In this document: piece by piece, positions 1 through 8,077 of the stretch
Numbering within the stretch: the first letter of the stretch is position 1
How the letters are laid out: each line of letters starts with the position of its first letter
Sequence record: SRR31156797_2086
DNA length: 36,797 bases
Strand: one strand, 5' to 3'
Notes under the pieces: model-generated
The model's database searches: none
Told to the model about the DNA's origin: nothing
The model's input: only the letters and a program-made list of their open reading frames with translations
Translations under genes and position numbers: made by a program

Positions 1-1
1 A

Positions 2-193
2 TATGCTTCCATTTATGAGTATGAACATTCAGGTTGGGTTCCGGGATATCAAAGTTTTGCCAATTATAACAAAGAGCTTGATACAGTTATTATCCAGTTT
101 TACAGCACAACCGATCGTAAGCTGTATATGTGGAATTTGTCGGAAATCATAAACAATAGAATTGAAAAAATTCTGAAACGTAAAAAGGGCTAA
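2..193 (+). CDS. 3' end of serine hydrolase (beta-lactamase/D-Ala-D-Ala carboxypeptidase family), partial
   Basis: Hand translation of frame 2: YASIYEYEHSGWVPGYQSFANYNKELDTVIIQFYST...KRKKG*; H-S-G-x-x-P-G-Y is the C-terminal HxG triad of this family; truncated by window start. Confidence 0.7.
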   Translation, partial: YASIYEYEHSGWVPGYQSFANYNKELDTVIIQFYSTTDRKLYMWNLSEIINNRIEKILKRKKG

Positions 194-244
194 ACCTTTC
201 GCAAATCAGCTAAGATTTCAAATTCTTACTGAAAACAATTCATC

Positions 245-390
245 TCCTTTTTAGGACTTCCGCTGCTATTGCCTGCTCATATCTTCGAGCAGGTAAGCAA
301 TACGGCCCAATTTCAATCCAGCATTCGCATAGTTAAAAAACAGGAGTAGGGGAATTTATCCATAGGTTCTCAAAATTACGCTACTCTTTT
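245..390 (+). other. Structured non-coding element (two hairpin domains, second followed by U-run; possible terminator/attenuator or ncRNA)
   Basis: TATTG-CCTGCTC(267-278)/GAGCAGG-TAA-GCAATA(287-302); GAGTAG(344-349)/CTACTC(381-386) enclosing GGGAATTTA/TAGGTTCTC with three G-U pairs on the + strand, then TTTT. Confidence 0.45.
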
Positions 391-571
391 ATTATGTAGA
401 TCCTTTCTATTTTACATGCTTTTATAGGTTTACATCTTTACCTGTTATTGTTTACCATTTATATATCGTTATTTTTAGTTGATGTATTGAGAAGTGCATT
501 CTGCTGATTTATTGAGTATGTATTGTACTTTTTAAAATTGCTTGTTTTAATTAAGAATAAAAGAAAAAGAT

Positions 572-1333
572 ATGTTCAGAAAAGCAATTGTACGAAAGCC
601 TGGAAAAAGCATGTTAAAAGGATTGACCACTGCAGAATTGGGTTTGCCTGATTATGAAAAGGCATTGCTACAGCATGCTGAATACGTAAAGGCATTGCAA
701 GAGTGCGGATTGGAAGTAATTGTTTTAAATGCAGACGAAGACTATCCTGATTCAACTTTTGTGGAAGATACAGCATTACTAACCCATAAGTGTGCTATTG
801 TCACTAATCCCGGAGCATTGTCGCGACGTGGAGAGGTTGTAGAAATTAAGAAAGTGCTGAAAGAGCATTATAGCAATATTGAAGAGGTGCAGTTACCAAG
901 AACGGTTGAAGCGGGTGATATTATGATGGTAGGATCGGATTTTTACATCGGATTATCGGAGAGAACAAATGAAGAAGGTGCCAGGCAGGTAATTGAATAT
1001 TTGGAAAAATATGGCATGAGAGGCTTTACTGTGAAACTGGAAGAGGTATTGCATTTGAAAACTGGAGTGGCTTATTTGGAGCAAAACAATTTATTGGCAT
1101 GTGGTGAATTCTTAACTAAAGAGGAATTTAAAAAATTCAACATTCTTGAGATTGAAGAAGAAGAAAGTTACGCAGCCAATTGCATATGGGTAAATGATAG
1201 AGTTTTGGTTCCTAAAGGATATCCTAAGGTGAAGGAAACAATTAAAAATGCAGGATATGAAGTAAAAGAAATTGATGTTTCTGAGTTCAGAAAGTTGGAT
1301 GGTGGATTGAGTTGTTTATCCTTGCGTTTTTAA
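572..1333 (+). CDS. Dimethylarginine dimethylaminohydrolase / amidinotransferase (pentein) family
   Basis: Motifs PDSTFVED, RRGE, EAGD, LHLKTG and C-terminal DGGLSCLSLRF with catalytic Cys. Confidence 0.9.
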   Translation: MFRKAIVRKPGKSMLKGLTTAELGLPDYEKALLQHAEYVKALQECGLEVIVLNADEDYPDSTFVEDTALLTHKCAIVTNPGALSRRGEVVEIKKVLKEHYSNIEEVQLPRTVEAGDIMMVGSDFYIGLSERTNEEGARQVIEYLEKYGMRGFTVKLEEVLHLKTGVAYLEQNNLLACGEFLTKEEFKKFNILEIEEEESYAANCIWVNDRVLVPKGYPKVKETIKNAGYEVKEIDVSEFRKLDGGLSCLSLRF

Positions 1334-1404
1334 GGAATTATTAAGAAATAGCAGAGTAGGATATTCCTTCCTTTTATACCTAGCGTTAATATAATGAATT
1401 GAAT

Positions 1405-2076
1405 ATGAATGATACCCTTATTGTTTTAATAGTAATAGCCTTATTTATAGGCTTAGTTTTAGCCCCGATTATTTTAAAGTTTATAAAGTCATTTCTACTT
1501 GGAGCCAAAATTCCATTTATGAGATGTGTTTTTATGAGTATGCGTAAAACATTAAAAGACGATGTAATAAAAGCAGTAGCATTGTCGCAGAAGTTAAATT
1601 ATGATATTGGCATAGATACATTGGAAGCCCATTTTTTAGCAGAAGGTTCTCCTTTAAAATGTATTGAATCAATGGAATATGCCAAACAGAAAGGTATTGT
1701 TTTGAATTTTCAACTTGTTTCTGGAGCCAATTTGGCTGGCAAAGATTTGTTTTCTGCAATTGAGAAAACGAATGAGATACTTAATTTAAATTTTTCGAAA
1801 AACAGAATTCAAAACCAAAAACTAGGAAATATTAGTTTCGAATTTAAAGGTGAGTATAAAGTAAGTTTTGCAAGTGTTTGTTTTGGCATAGATGATAAGG
1901 ATAAATTAATTGAAGAAGCTAGGGAGAAGGTGATTAAATATCTTCAGATTATAGAATCAACCAACAGTTCTGAGATAAACAAAATAGTATTAGAAGTGGT
2001 TCTTGATAGTAAATATTGGGAGTCGAAAGGACTTGAAGTAATCAATCAAGAGTTGAAAATTAAGGAATTAATCTAA
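1405..2076 (+). CDS. Divergent flotillin-like FloA/YqfA family membrane protein lacking the C-terminal coiled coil
   Basis: N-terminal TM; LEAHFLAEG and ANLAGKDLFSAI match FloA LESHYLAGG and AIDLAGRDVLEAV; ATG 1405 preferred over TTG 1399. Confidence 0.65.
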   Translation: MNDTLIVLIVIALFIGLVLAPIILKFIKSFLLGAKIPFMRCVFMSMRKTLKDDVIKAVALSQKLNYDIGIDTLEAHFLAEGSPLKCIESMEYAKQKGIVLNFQLVSGANLAGKDLFSAIEKTNEILNLNFSKNRIQNQKLGNISFEFKGEYKVSFASVCFGIDDKDKLIEEAREKVIKYLQIIESTNSSEINKIVLEVVLDSKYWESKGLEVINQELKIKELI

Positions 2077-2185
2077 AAAAATATTAAGCGAACATGCAAA
2101 TTTAATTATCCCAATTGACAGACAAGATGATGATTAAATTTATTTATGAGTTTTATATGACCATTGAAAGAAAAAGTTTAGACAA

Positions 2186-2782
2186 ATGAAAAAATCAGTT
2201 CTTATTATTCTAGGGGTATTCCTCATTGTTGTGATATCGAATACTGAACCCTTTAAACAAACTGTAAGCCCTTATATAAGCACACTTGCAAATTTAACAG
2301 CTGCAGGAGGTGTAATTGCCTTGTTTTTTCAGTTTAAGCGAGAGGGAGATCTGAATGAGGCAGATTTTATTTTAAGAATTAATACGGAGTTCATTACCAA
2401 TGAATCTATTGTGCGAATATATAAGATGTTGGAAGAATCAAAAGCCGATGGTCAAAAAGAAAATCCTTTTACCAAGGATGATATCATCGATATGGCGAAT
2501 TACCTCACCTATTTTGAACCCTTTTATTCATTGGTAAGAAGGAAAATTGTTAAAATTGAGAGTATAGATCCTATTTTATCCTATCGCTTTTTTTTGGCTG
2601 TTAATAATAAGTACATGCAAGAAATGCTCCTGTGTGCAGAGAATAAAGAAATTGCATGGGAGGCAACTTATAAGTTACACAATCACTGGAGTAAATACAG
2701 AGAAAAATTAAATAGAGAAATTTGGGAAAGTGAGTATTGTCTTTCAAAAGGAAAATATTATAATCAGATGATTAAGAGTTAA
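2186..2782 (+). CDS. Membrane-anchored hypothetical protein (DUF4760-like)
   Basis: Two N-terminal hydrophobic segments then helical domain with YLTYFE...LV...K.V pattern recalled from DUF4760-type proteins. Confidence 0.45.
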   Translation: MKKSVLIILGVFLIVVISNTEPFKQTVSPYISTLANLTAAGGVIALFFQFKREGDLNEADFILRINTEFITNESIVRIYKMLEESKADGQKENPFTKDDIIDMANYLTYFEPFYSLVRRKIVKIESIDPILSYRFFLAVNNKYMQEMLLCAENKEIAWEATYKLHNHWSKYREKLNREIWESEYCLSKGKYYNQMIKS

Positions 2783-2847
2783 GAAGTGTTGAAAGATATG
2801 ATCAATTGACTTTCATCCATTTAAAATAATATTTAAGCACAAGCATT

Positions 2848-3108
2848 ATGGAAAAAAAGAATTGGAAAATAAGAGTAGGAATATTTTTGATGATTTTCTG
2901 TATTCCGTTTTTTCTAATTATCCCTGCAATTCCATTTCTTGATTTGGAATCCAAGACTAAAATTACGCTCTCCACTATTTCTTTAATTATTGGTGAGGTG
3001 CTGTTTTGGGGCGGAGGATTATTGCTTGGTAAGGAGCTTTTCGTAAAATACAAAGCCTATTTTAATCCGAAAAAATGGTTTAAAAAAGAAGATAAAAATG
3101 AGGAATAG
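2848..3108 (+). CDS. Transporter suffix domain-containing small membrane protein
   Basis: Two TM helices and the characteristic IGEVLFWGGGLLLGKE...KYK...NPKKWF motif. Confidence 0.8.
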   Translation: MEKKNWKIRVGIFLMIFCIPFFLIIPAIPFLDLESKTKITLSTISLIIGEVLFWGGGLLLGKELFVKYKAYFNPKKWFKKEDKNEE

Positions 3109-3422
3109 TATTGATTTTTTATTGAATGGATAAAGAAAATCAATTTAAAGTGAAATAAGTATGGCAGCCTGCCATATTGCTTTCTCACCATCCTATTTAA
3201 AATAATTCTTAATTTAAAATAATATTAGTCAATCATTAAATAATATGTAAATTTATTATTTACGTTTAATTAATTTAATAGAAGTTATTTAATGATAATG
3301 CGAAGAGATTTTAGTAGGGCTAAAATCTCTTATTGGCATTGCTTCTTATTATTAAGATTAATTAATTAGAAGAGAGACTGTGTGATTTTGAAAGAGCGCA
3401 GGTTATTAATTTATTGCTAAAA

Positions 3423-4064
3423 ATGAACAAAGAATGTAATCTGCTTTTAATTTTGATATTCTTGTGCTTTTATGGGTATGGTCAAAATTCGTTTAAACCT
3501 GAAACTCATGTCGGGATTAAAATGGGAGCAAATATGTCAAGTGTGCGATTTGATCCAACGATTGATCAGAACATAAAAATAGGATTTATTGGTGGATTAT
3601 CGTTTAAACACATACAGGAGAAAAATTTAGGAATTCAATTGGAATTGAATTTTATGCAAGCAGGTTGGGATGAAAAGTTAGAAACTTCGAAAAGCTATTC
3701 CAGACGCTTGAATTATATTCAAATGCCATTTATGACTCATTTTAACTTTGGAGATAAAAAAAGTAGATTTTTTATCAATCTTGGTTCTTATTTATCATAC
3801 TTATCATTTGAAAATGAGGAGATCGGGAATATAAGTAAGGAGGAAGAGAAAGATTATTATCAAAATGAAATTGCTAATAAAATGGAATTCGGATTGTGTA
3901 TGGGGCTCGGTTTTACTCGTTATACTTCTCTGGGAATATTTCAAATTGAAGGCAGAGGAAATATTGGTTTTAGTGATATTTTTGATAACAATAATGAATC
4001 ATCCATTACTTCAGCTAAAAATATGATGATTGAAATTTCGCTTTCGTATTTCATTAACTTATGA
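3423..4064 (+). CDS. Outer-membrane beta-barrel protein (porin/PorT-like family)
   Basis: Signal peptide, GIKMGANMS start strand, ELNFMQAG, LNYIQMP, C-terminal ISLSYF beta-signal. Confidence 0.8.
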   Translation: MNKECNLLLILIFLCFYGYGQNSFKPETHVGIKMGANMSSVRFDPTIDQNIKIGFIGGLSFKHIQEKNLGIQLELNFMQAGWDEKLETSKSYSRRLNYIQMPFMTHFNFGDKKSRFFINLGSYLSYLSFENEEIGNISKEEEKDYYQNEIANKMEFGLCMGLGFTRYTSLGIFQIEGRGNIGFSDIFDNNNESSITSAKNMMIEISLSYFINL

Positions 4065-4795
4065 ATTCAAATCTAATAAATATGAATACATGCAAAAACT
4101 GTACGCATACAGTTGAAGGTAATTTTTGTTCCAATTGCGGGCTGAGTGTAAATCTAAAAAGAATAGATGGTACTTATATTTTACTTGAAATTAGTAAAGT
4201 GATTCAATTTGAAAAGGGAATATTGTATACCATAAAAGAATTGCTTACCAAACCAGGTGTTTGTGTTCGGGAATTCGTACTCGAAAATAGAAATCGGCTT
4301 ATAAAGCCATTTGTATTTATAATTGTGAGTTCCTTGATTTATACAATTGTATGTAAATACTTGGGGGTAATTGGTGGTTATATTGAGTTTAGCAGCGATG
4401 ATGCGACTACAAATCTTATTTTCAACTGGATACAATCTCATTATGGATATACCAATATATTAATTGGAGCATTTATGGCCATTTGGATTAAAATATTTTT
4501 CAGAAAATACGATTACAATTATTTCGAGATCTTAATACTTCTCTGTTTTGTTTTGGGCATGGGAATGTTGATCTACTCTGTTTTTGCAATTTTCGAAGGA
4601 GTAACGCATATACGAGTAATGCAAACTGCATCAATTCTTGGAATGATCTATACTACCTGGGCTGTAGGACAATTTTTTAATGGGAAAAGGATTTCCTCCT
4701 ATTGGAAAGCATTCGCTTCTTACATGCTAGGCTTTCTTTCTTTTGCTCTATTGGCACAATTTTCAGGAACAATATTCGATTGGATCCTAAAATAA
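4061..4795 (+). CDS. DUF3667 domain membrane protein with N-terminal zinc ribbon
   Basis: CKNC...FCSNCG; GILYTIKELLTKPG...IKPF; multiple TM helices; ATGA overlap with upstream stop (alternative start 4082). Confidence 0.8.
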   Translation: MNSNLINMNTCKNCTHTVEGNFCSNCGLSVNLKRIDGTYILLEISKVIQFEKGILYTIKELLTKPGVCVREFVLENRNRLIKPFVFIIVSSLIYTIVCKYLGVIGGYIEFSSDDATTNLIFNWIQSHYGYTNILIGAFMAIWIKIFFRKYDYNYFEILILLCFVLGMGMLIYSVFAIFEGVTHIRVMQTASILGMIYTTWAVGQFFNGKRISSYWKAFASYMLGFLSFALLAQFSGTIFDWILK

Positions 4796-4846
4796 ATTAC
4801 AATTATCTGATGACGCTAAATAACGTGTGCTACTAAAAACATTAAA

Positions 4847-5353
4847 ATGAATGTAATAGTTGTATTATATCACAGATGGTTAGTTTTGAAACCATTTAAT
4901 TTCATTATTATAACTGGTTTGTTAATGATTTTGTGTTCAATTCCTATTGGTTATTTATTTCAATTGTTTGGATTTAAAATCAGTGATTTAGGAGGATTTG
5001 AAACTGATGTAATAAGCCTTTTAGGTTTAATTATTCTTACTGTTATTATAGCACCTATTTTTGAAACTATAATGGCACAGCTTATCCCAATTTATCTTGC
5101 TCAAAAATTCTTTAAACAAAATTCGCATAATGTTGGATTAATAGCCTCAATATTAATTTTTTCCTTATTGCATGTCAGCTATAGTATTTGGTATGCAATT
5201 TTGGTAGTTCCATCTGGATTTTTTCTTGCAAAATCGTACCTGATTTTTCAAGATAGGAAAGAATCAAGTTTTTGGATGACCTCTTTTATTCATGCTTTCC
5301 GAAATAGTATATCAGTAGTAATTATTGCAATGGAACGCTTTTTTTTGCATTAA
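4847..5353 (+). CDS. CPBP (CAAX/Abi) family intramembrane protease-like protein
   Basis: APIFETIMAQ (degenerate EExxxR), FSLLH (FxxxH), IHAFRN (HxxxN), hydrophobic throughout. Confidence 0.7.
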   Translation: MNVIVVLYHRWLVLKPFNFIIITGLLMILCSIPIGYLFQLFGFKISDLGGFETDVISLLGLIILTVIIAPIFETIMAQLIPIYLAQKFFKQNSHNVGLIASILIFSLLHVSYSIWYAILVVPSGFFLAKSYLIFQDRKESSFWMTSFIHAFRNSISVVIIAMERFFLH

Positions 5354-5383
5354 ATATTAAAAGTGATCAAGTTTGATTTTCTT

Positions 5384-5479
5384 ATGAATAAAATGATAAC
5401 AATAGAGAATATAGAAACATCCTTTGGAAGGAAAGCAGTGAATGCAGATTCAAACCTTAATCTAAATGAACAATTATAA
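5384..5479 (+). pseudogene. 31-codon ORF, possible 5' remnant of an ABC-transporter ATPase gene
   Basis: Hand translation MNKMITIENIETSFGRKAVNADSNLNLNEQL* resembles ABC ATPase N-termini (MI.I.N+.K.FG.+.VL..+NL) but stops before any Walker A. Confidence 0.3.
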
Positions 5480-6095
5480 AATGAAAAGAGAAGGAAGTAG
5501 ATTTACGATTGATCAGGTAAATAAACAGGTAAGGAATTGGGAAGAAATAGCCAGTGAGAAGTTTGGTAAATTTGAGCTAAGAAAGAGGGTTTATTCGGAT
5601 AAAGGGCTTTTGGAACAGATAACAAATTATGAACGGCAGGATGTGATGTACAATAGTCTATTGTTTTTAGATGTTTACATTCCGTACGGGAGAAATAATA
5701 TTAAAGTATCTACCAGCGAGGTTAAAACGCCAATATTTAGCTATCCATTAATTACTAAAAATCAATTCAATTTTTCGATTCGTTACGAAGATTACTTTGA
5801 TAAAATATCGAAAGTTTTTGGACAGAAGGAACTGCAGATAAATGATAAGGATTTTGATGATAAGTTCTTCATCGAGACGAATGAGTCGAAGTTATTGAAT
5901 GCTTTTCTGGATCATAAAATTAGGAATTGGCTAGAGCAGCTTAAAATTGCCTATTTCGATTTTAATACTGCCAAATCGAAAAATGCATTAACAATTTATT
6001 GTTTGATAAATGAAATGGATAAAAAGGAAATTGAAGAAGCATTGAATATGTTTAAATATTGTATTGATCGATTAGAGGAAGTAGTAAAAAAATGA
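5466..6095 (+). CDS. Hypothetical protein
   Basis: 209-aa ORF (alternative start 5481); QINDKDFDDKFFIET segment resembles a recurrent D..FD..F motif of uncharacterised proteins. Confidence 0.6.
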   Translation: MNNYKMKREGSRFTIDQVNKQVRNWEEIASEKFGKFELRKRVYSDKGLLEQITNYERQDVMYNSLLFLDVYIPYGRNNIKVSTSEVKTPIFSYPLITKNQFNFSIRYEDYFDKISKVFGQKELQINDKDFDDKFFIETNESKLLNAFLDHKIRNWLEQLKIAYFDFNTAKSKNALTIYCLINEMDKKEIEEALNMFKYCIDRLEEVVKK

Positions 6096-6105
6096 ATGAA
6101 ACACT

Positions 6106-6435
6106 ATGAAACGATACTTTAAAAAATACTCTATTCTTCTAATTGTTATTGTAGCATTACAGGGATTGTTGAATTGGTTTGTAGTGAGTCAAATGCAAAT
6201 AATTCTTATGAATATGGGAGTTGAATTTACAGAAGTGAACCACATGGTACAATTCACACTATTTAATATTCCTTATTTTATGAATGTGATAATGGCAATT
6301 TTCATTTTATCGGATTTGCTTAAGAATAAGGTAAAAGGAATTCCAGTGGTGCTTTTAACGGTATTTTCACATTTTGCGGGTGTGATTTTCTTTTTGTTCC
6401 TAATTAATAATAAAATCAGAAGCTATGAACAGTAG
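6106..6435 (+). CDS. Small integral membrane protein, paralogue A
   Basis: 109 aa, 3-4 hydrophobic segments; shares KY.IL, N.I.AI.I..DL, V..TV....G with the next ORF. Confidence 0.7.
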   Translation: MKRYFKKYSILLIVIVALQGLLNWFVVSQMQIILMNMGVEFTEVNHMVQFTLFNIPYFMNVIMAIFILSDLLKNKVKGIPVVLLTVFSHFAGVIFFLFLINNKIRSYEQ

Positions 6436-6754
6436 TGAATTTAAAAGCTTAGTGAATAAATATGCAATCCTGATTTTTATTGGTTATGCATTAAATTTTC
6501 TAATTGTAACCATTGTTCAGCGCTTAATGCATCATATTGAGAGTTTTGATAGTGTTATTGAAATTCTTTCTTCATCAACATGGTTAATTCAACTGATAAT
6601 TAACATTATTGCTGCAATTTTAATATCAAAAGATTTAAGAAGATTCAGAATGAAAAACAATTTAATTGTAGTAGTGACTGTACTTTTTTCATTAATAGGA
6701 ATTACGATGTTCTTTATCTCTGCAAATAGAGAAATGAAAGTTGTGAAAAATTAA
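6425..6754 (+). CDS. Small integral membrane protein, paralogue B
   Basis: 109 aa, same hydrophobicity pattern and shared motifs; 11-nt overlap with paralogue A. Confidence 0.7.
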   Translation: MNSSEFKSLVNKYAILIFIGYALNFLIVTIVQRLMHHIESFDSVIEILSSSTWLIQLIINIIAAILISKDLRRFRMKNNLIVVVTVLFSLIGITMFFISANREMKVVKN

Positions 6755-6843
6755 TAATAAATGGAAAGAGATATATGCTTGAGGATATATTATGTGATAA
6801 TAGAAGTATGACTATTCATACTTGAAAAAGAAAGAATGTATAG

Positions 6844-7287
6844 ATGAACTACAAGATTGAGAAAATAAAAAAGGAAGAATATTCGACTGTTGTTGATGTT
6901 TGGGAAGAATCTGTTCGGGCAACTCATGATTTTTTAAAGGAAGAGGATATTGTATATTTTAAACCGTTGATTTTAAATACTTATTTGGATGCAGTAGAGT
7001 TAAGATGTATAAAAGATGAAAATGGCAGCATAATTGGATTTAGTGGTGTGGCTGAACAAAATCTTGAGATGTTGTTTATTCATCCTAAGGCACGTGGGAG
7101 AGGAGTTGGAAAAACTCTTTTGGAATATTGTATTAATGAGCTAAATGTAATAAAAGTAGATGTGAACGAAGACAACCCACAAGCGATTGGATTCTATGAA
7201 AAGTTTGGGTTTACAACCTACAATCGTTCCGAATTGGATTCCTCAGGTAAAGCTTATCCAATATTGCACATGAGACTAGATGAATAG
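6844..7287 (+). CDS. GNAT family N-acetyltransferase (YjaB-like)
   Basis: WEESVRATHDFL, LEMLFIHPKARGRGVGKTL (acetyl-CoA motif A), VNEDNPQAIGFYEKFGF, YPILHM. Confidence 0.9.
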   Translation: MNYKIEKIKKEEYSTVVDVWEESVRATHDFLKEEDIVYFKPLILNTYLDAVELRCIKDENGSIIGFSGVAEQNLEMLFIHPKARGRGVGKTLLEYCINELNVIKVDVNEDNPQAIGFYEKFGFTTYNRSELDSSGKAYPILHMRLDE

Positions 7288-7323
7288 AGCGTAAAATATT
7301 GAATCAAGCAATCAATAAAATGT

Positions 7324-7331
7324 TATTTTTG
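7324..7331 (+). promoter_or_regulatory. Bacteroidota housekeeping -7 promoter box
   Basis: TATTTTTG = TAnnTTTG, 37 nt upstream of ATG 7369. Confidence 0.55.
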
Positions 7332-7368
7332 CCTTTCAAACACACAACTACTAACATTAACAAGAAAG

Positions 7369-8046
7369 ATGAGTATCGATTTTATATTTATGCTGACCAA
7401 GGATGATCAGACCATTTCTGATGCCAGAAAATATGTGAAAGAGATTGCGGCAGCAGGAGCAAAGCACATAGGATTTAAGGATATAGGCTTGCCTATTGAA
7501 GAATTAAAGAATCTTACTGAGGATTTGCGTAAAGAAGGAGTAACAGTTTATTTAGAAGTGGTAAGTTTAGATGCTGAGAGTGAAAAACAATCAGCTAAAG
7601 TAGCCATGGATTTGAATGTTGACTATTTGCTGGGCGGAACAAGACCTGAGTTGATTGCTGAACTGGTGAAAGATCATTCTCTAAAATATTATCCTTTTGT
7701 GGGAAAAATTGAGGATCACCCAAGTATTCTTACCGGAAGTATTTCTGAAATTGCAGCGCATGCAGAGCAGATTACTTCTATTGAAGGAGTAGATGGTTTG
7801 GATCTTTTGGCTTATCGATTTACAGGCAAAGATGTGCCTTTATTGATTCAGGAAGTTTGCAAAACTTCAAAAAAACCAGTTATTGTTGCTGGTAGTATCG
7901 ATTGCGAGGAGAGAATTGAAGTGGTAAAAACCAAAGGAGCTTCAGGATTTACTGTTGGTACAGCTGCATTCGCTCTGGAATTTCCATCGAAAAATGGAGG
8001 AGTCTCGGGACAGGTTGAATGCATTTTGGAAATGAGTAAATTTTAA
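7369..8046 (+). CDS. Uncharacterised TIM-barrel protein (ribulose-phosphate-binding barrel-like)
   Basis: Alternating beta/alpha pattern FIFMLT, IGFKD, YLEVVS, DYLLGG, YYPFVG, GLDLLAYR, VIVAGSI, GFTVGTA (C-terminal phosphate-binding motif). Confidence 0.65.
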   Translation: MSIDFIFMLTKDDQTISDARKYVKEIAAAGAKHIGFKDIGLPIEELKNLTEDLRKEGVTVYLEVVSLDAESEKQSAKVAMDLNVDYLLGGTRPELIAELVKDHSLKYYPFVGKIEDHPSILTGSISEIAAHAEQITSIEGVDGLDLLAYRFTGKDVPLLIQEVCKTSKKPVIVAGSIDCEERIEVVKTKGASGFTVGTAAFALEFPSKNGGVSGQVECILEMSKF

Positions 8047-8077
8047 GTTAGAAAGAAAATATAACATTTGAATGTAG

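Noticed and set aside
245..390. Known guanidine riboswitch upstream of DDAH
   Set aside because: No ACGR twin loops or ykkC-type conserved sequence visible; kept only as an unclassified structure.
2819..2846. Complete dif/pdif site
   Set aside because: Only an XerD-like half matches; the sequence 6 bp away does not resemble an XerC arm.
1334..7368. Integron/attC cassette array
   Set aside because: Spacers share no recognisable RYYYAAC...GTTRRRY palindromic sites and no intI is present; the ACGCTAAATAACGTG at ~4813 is at best a single degenerate hint.
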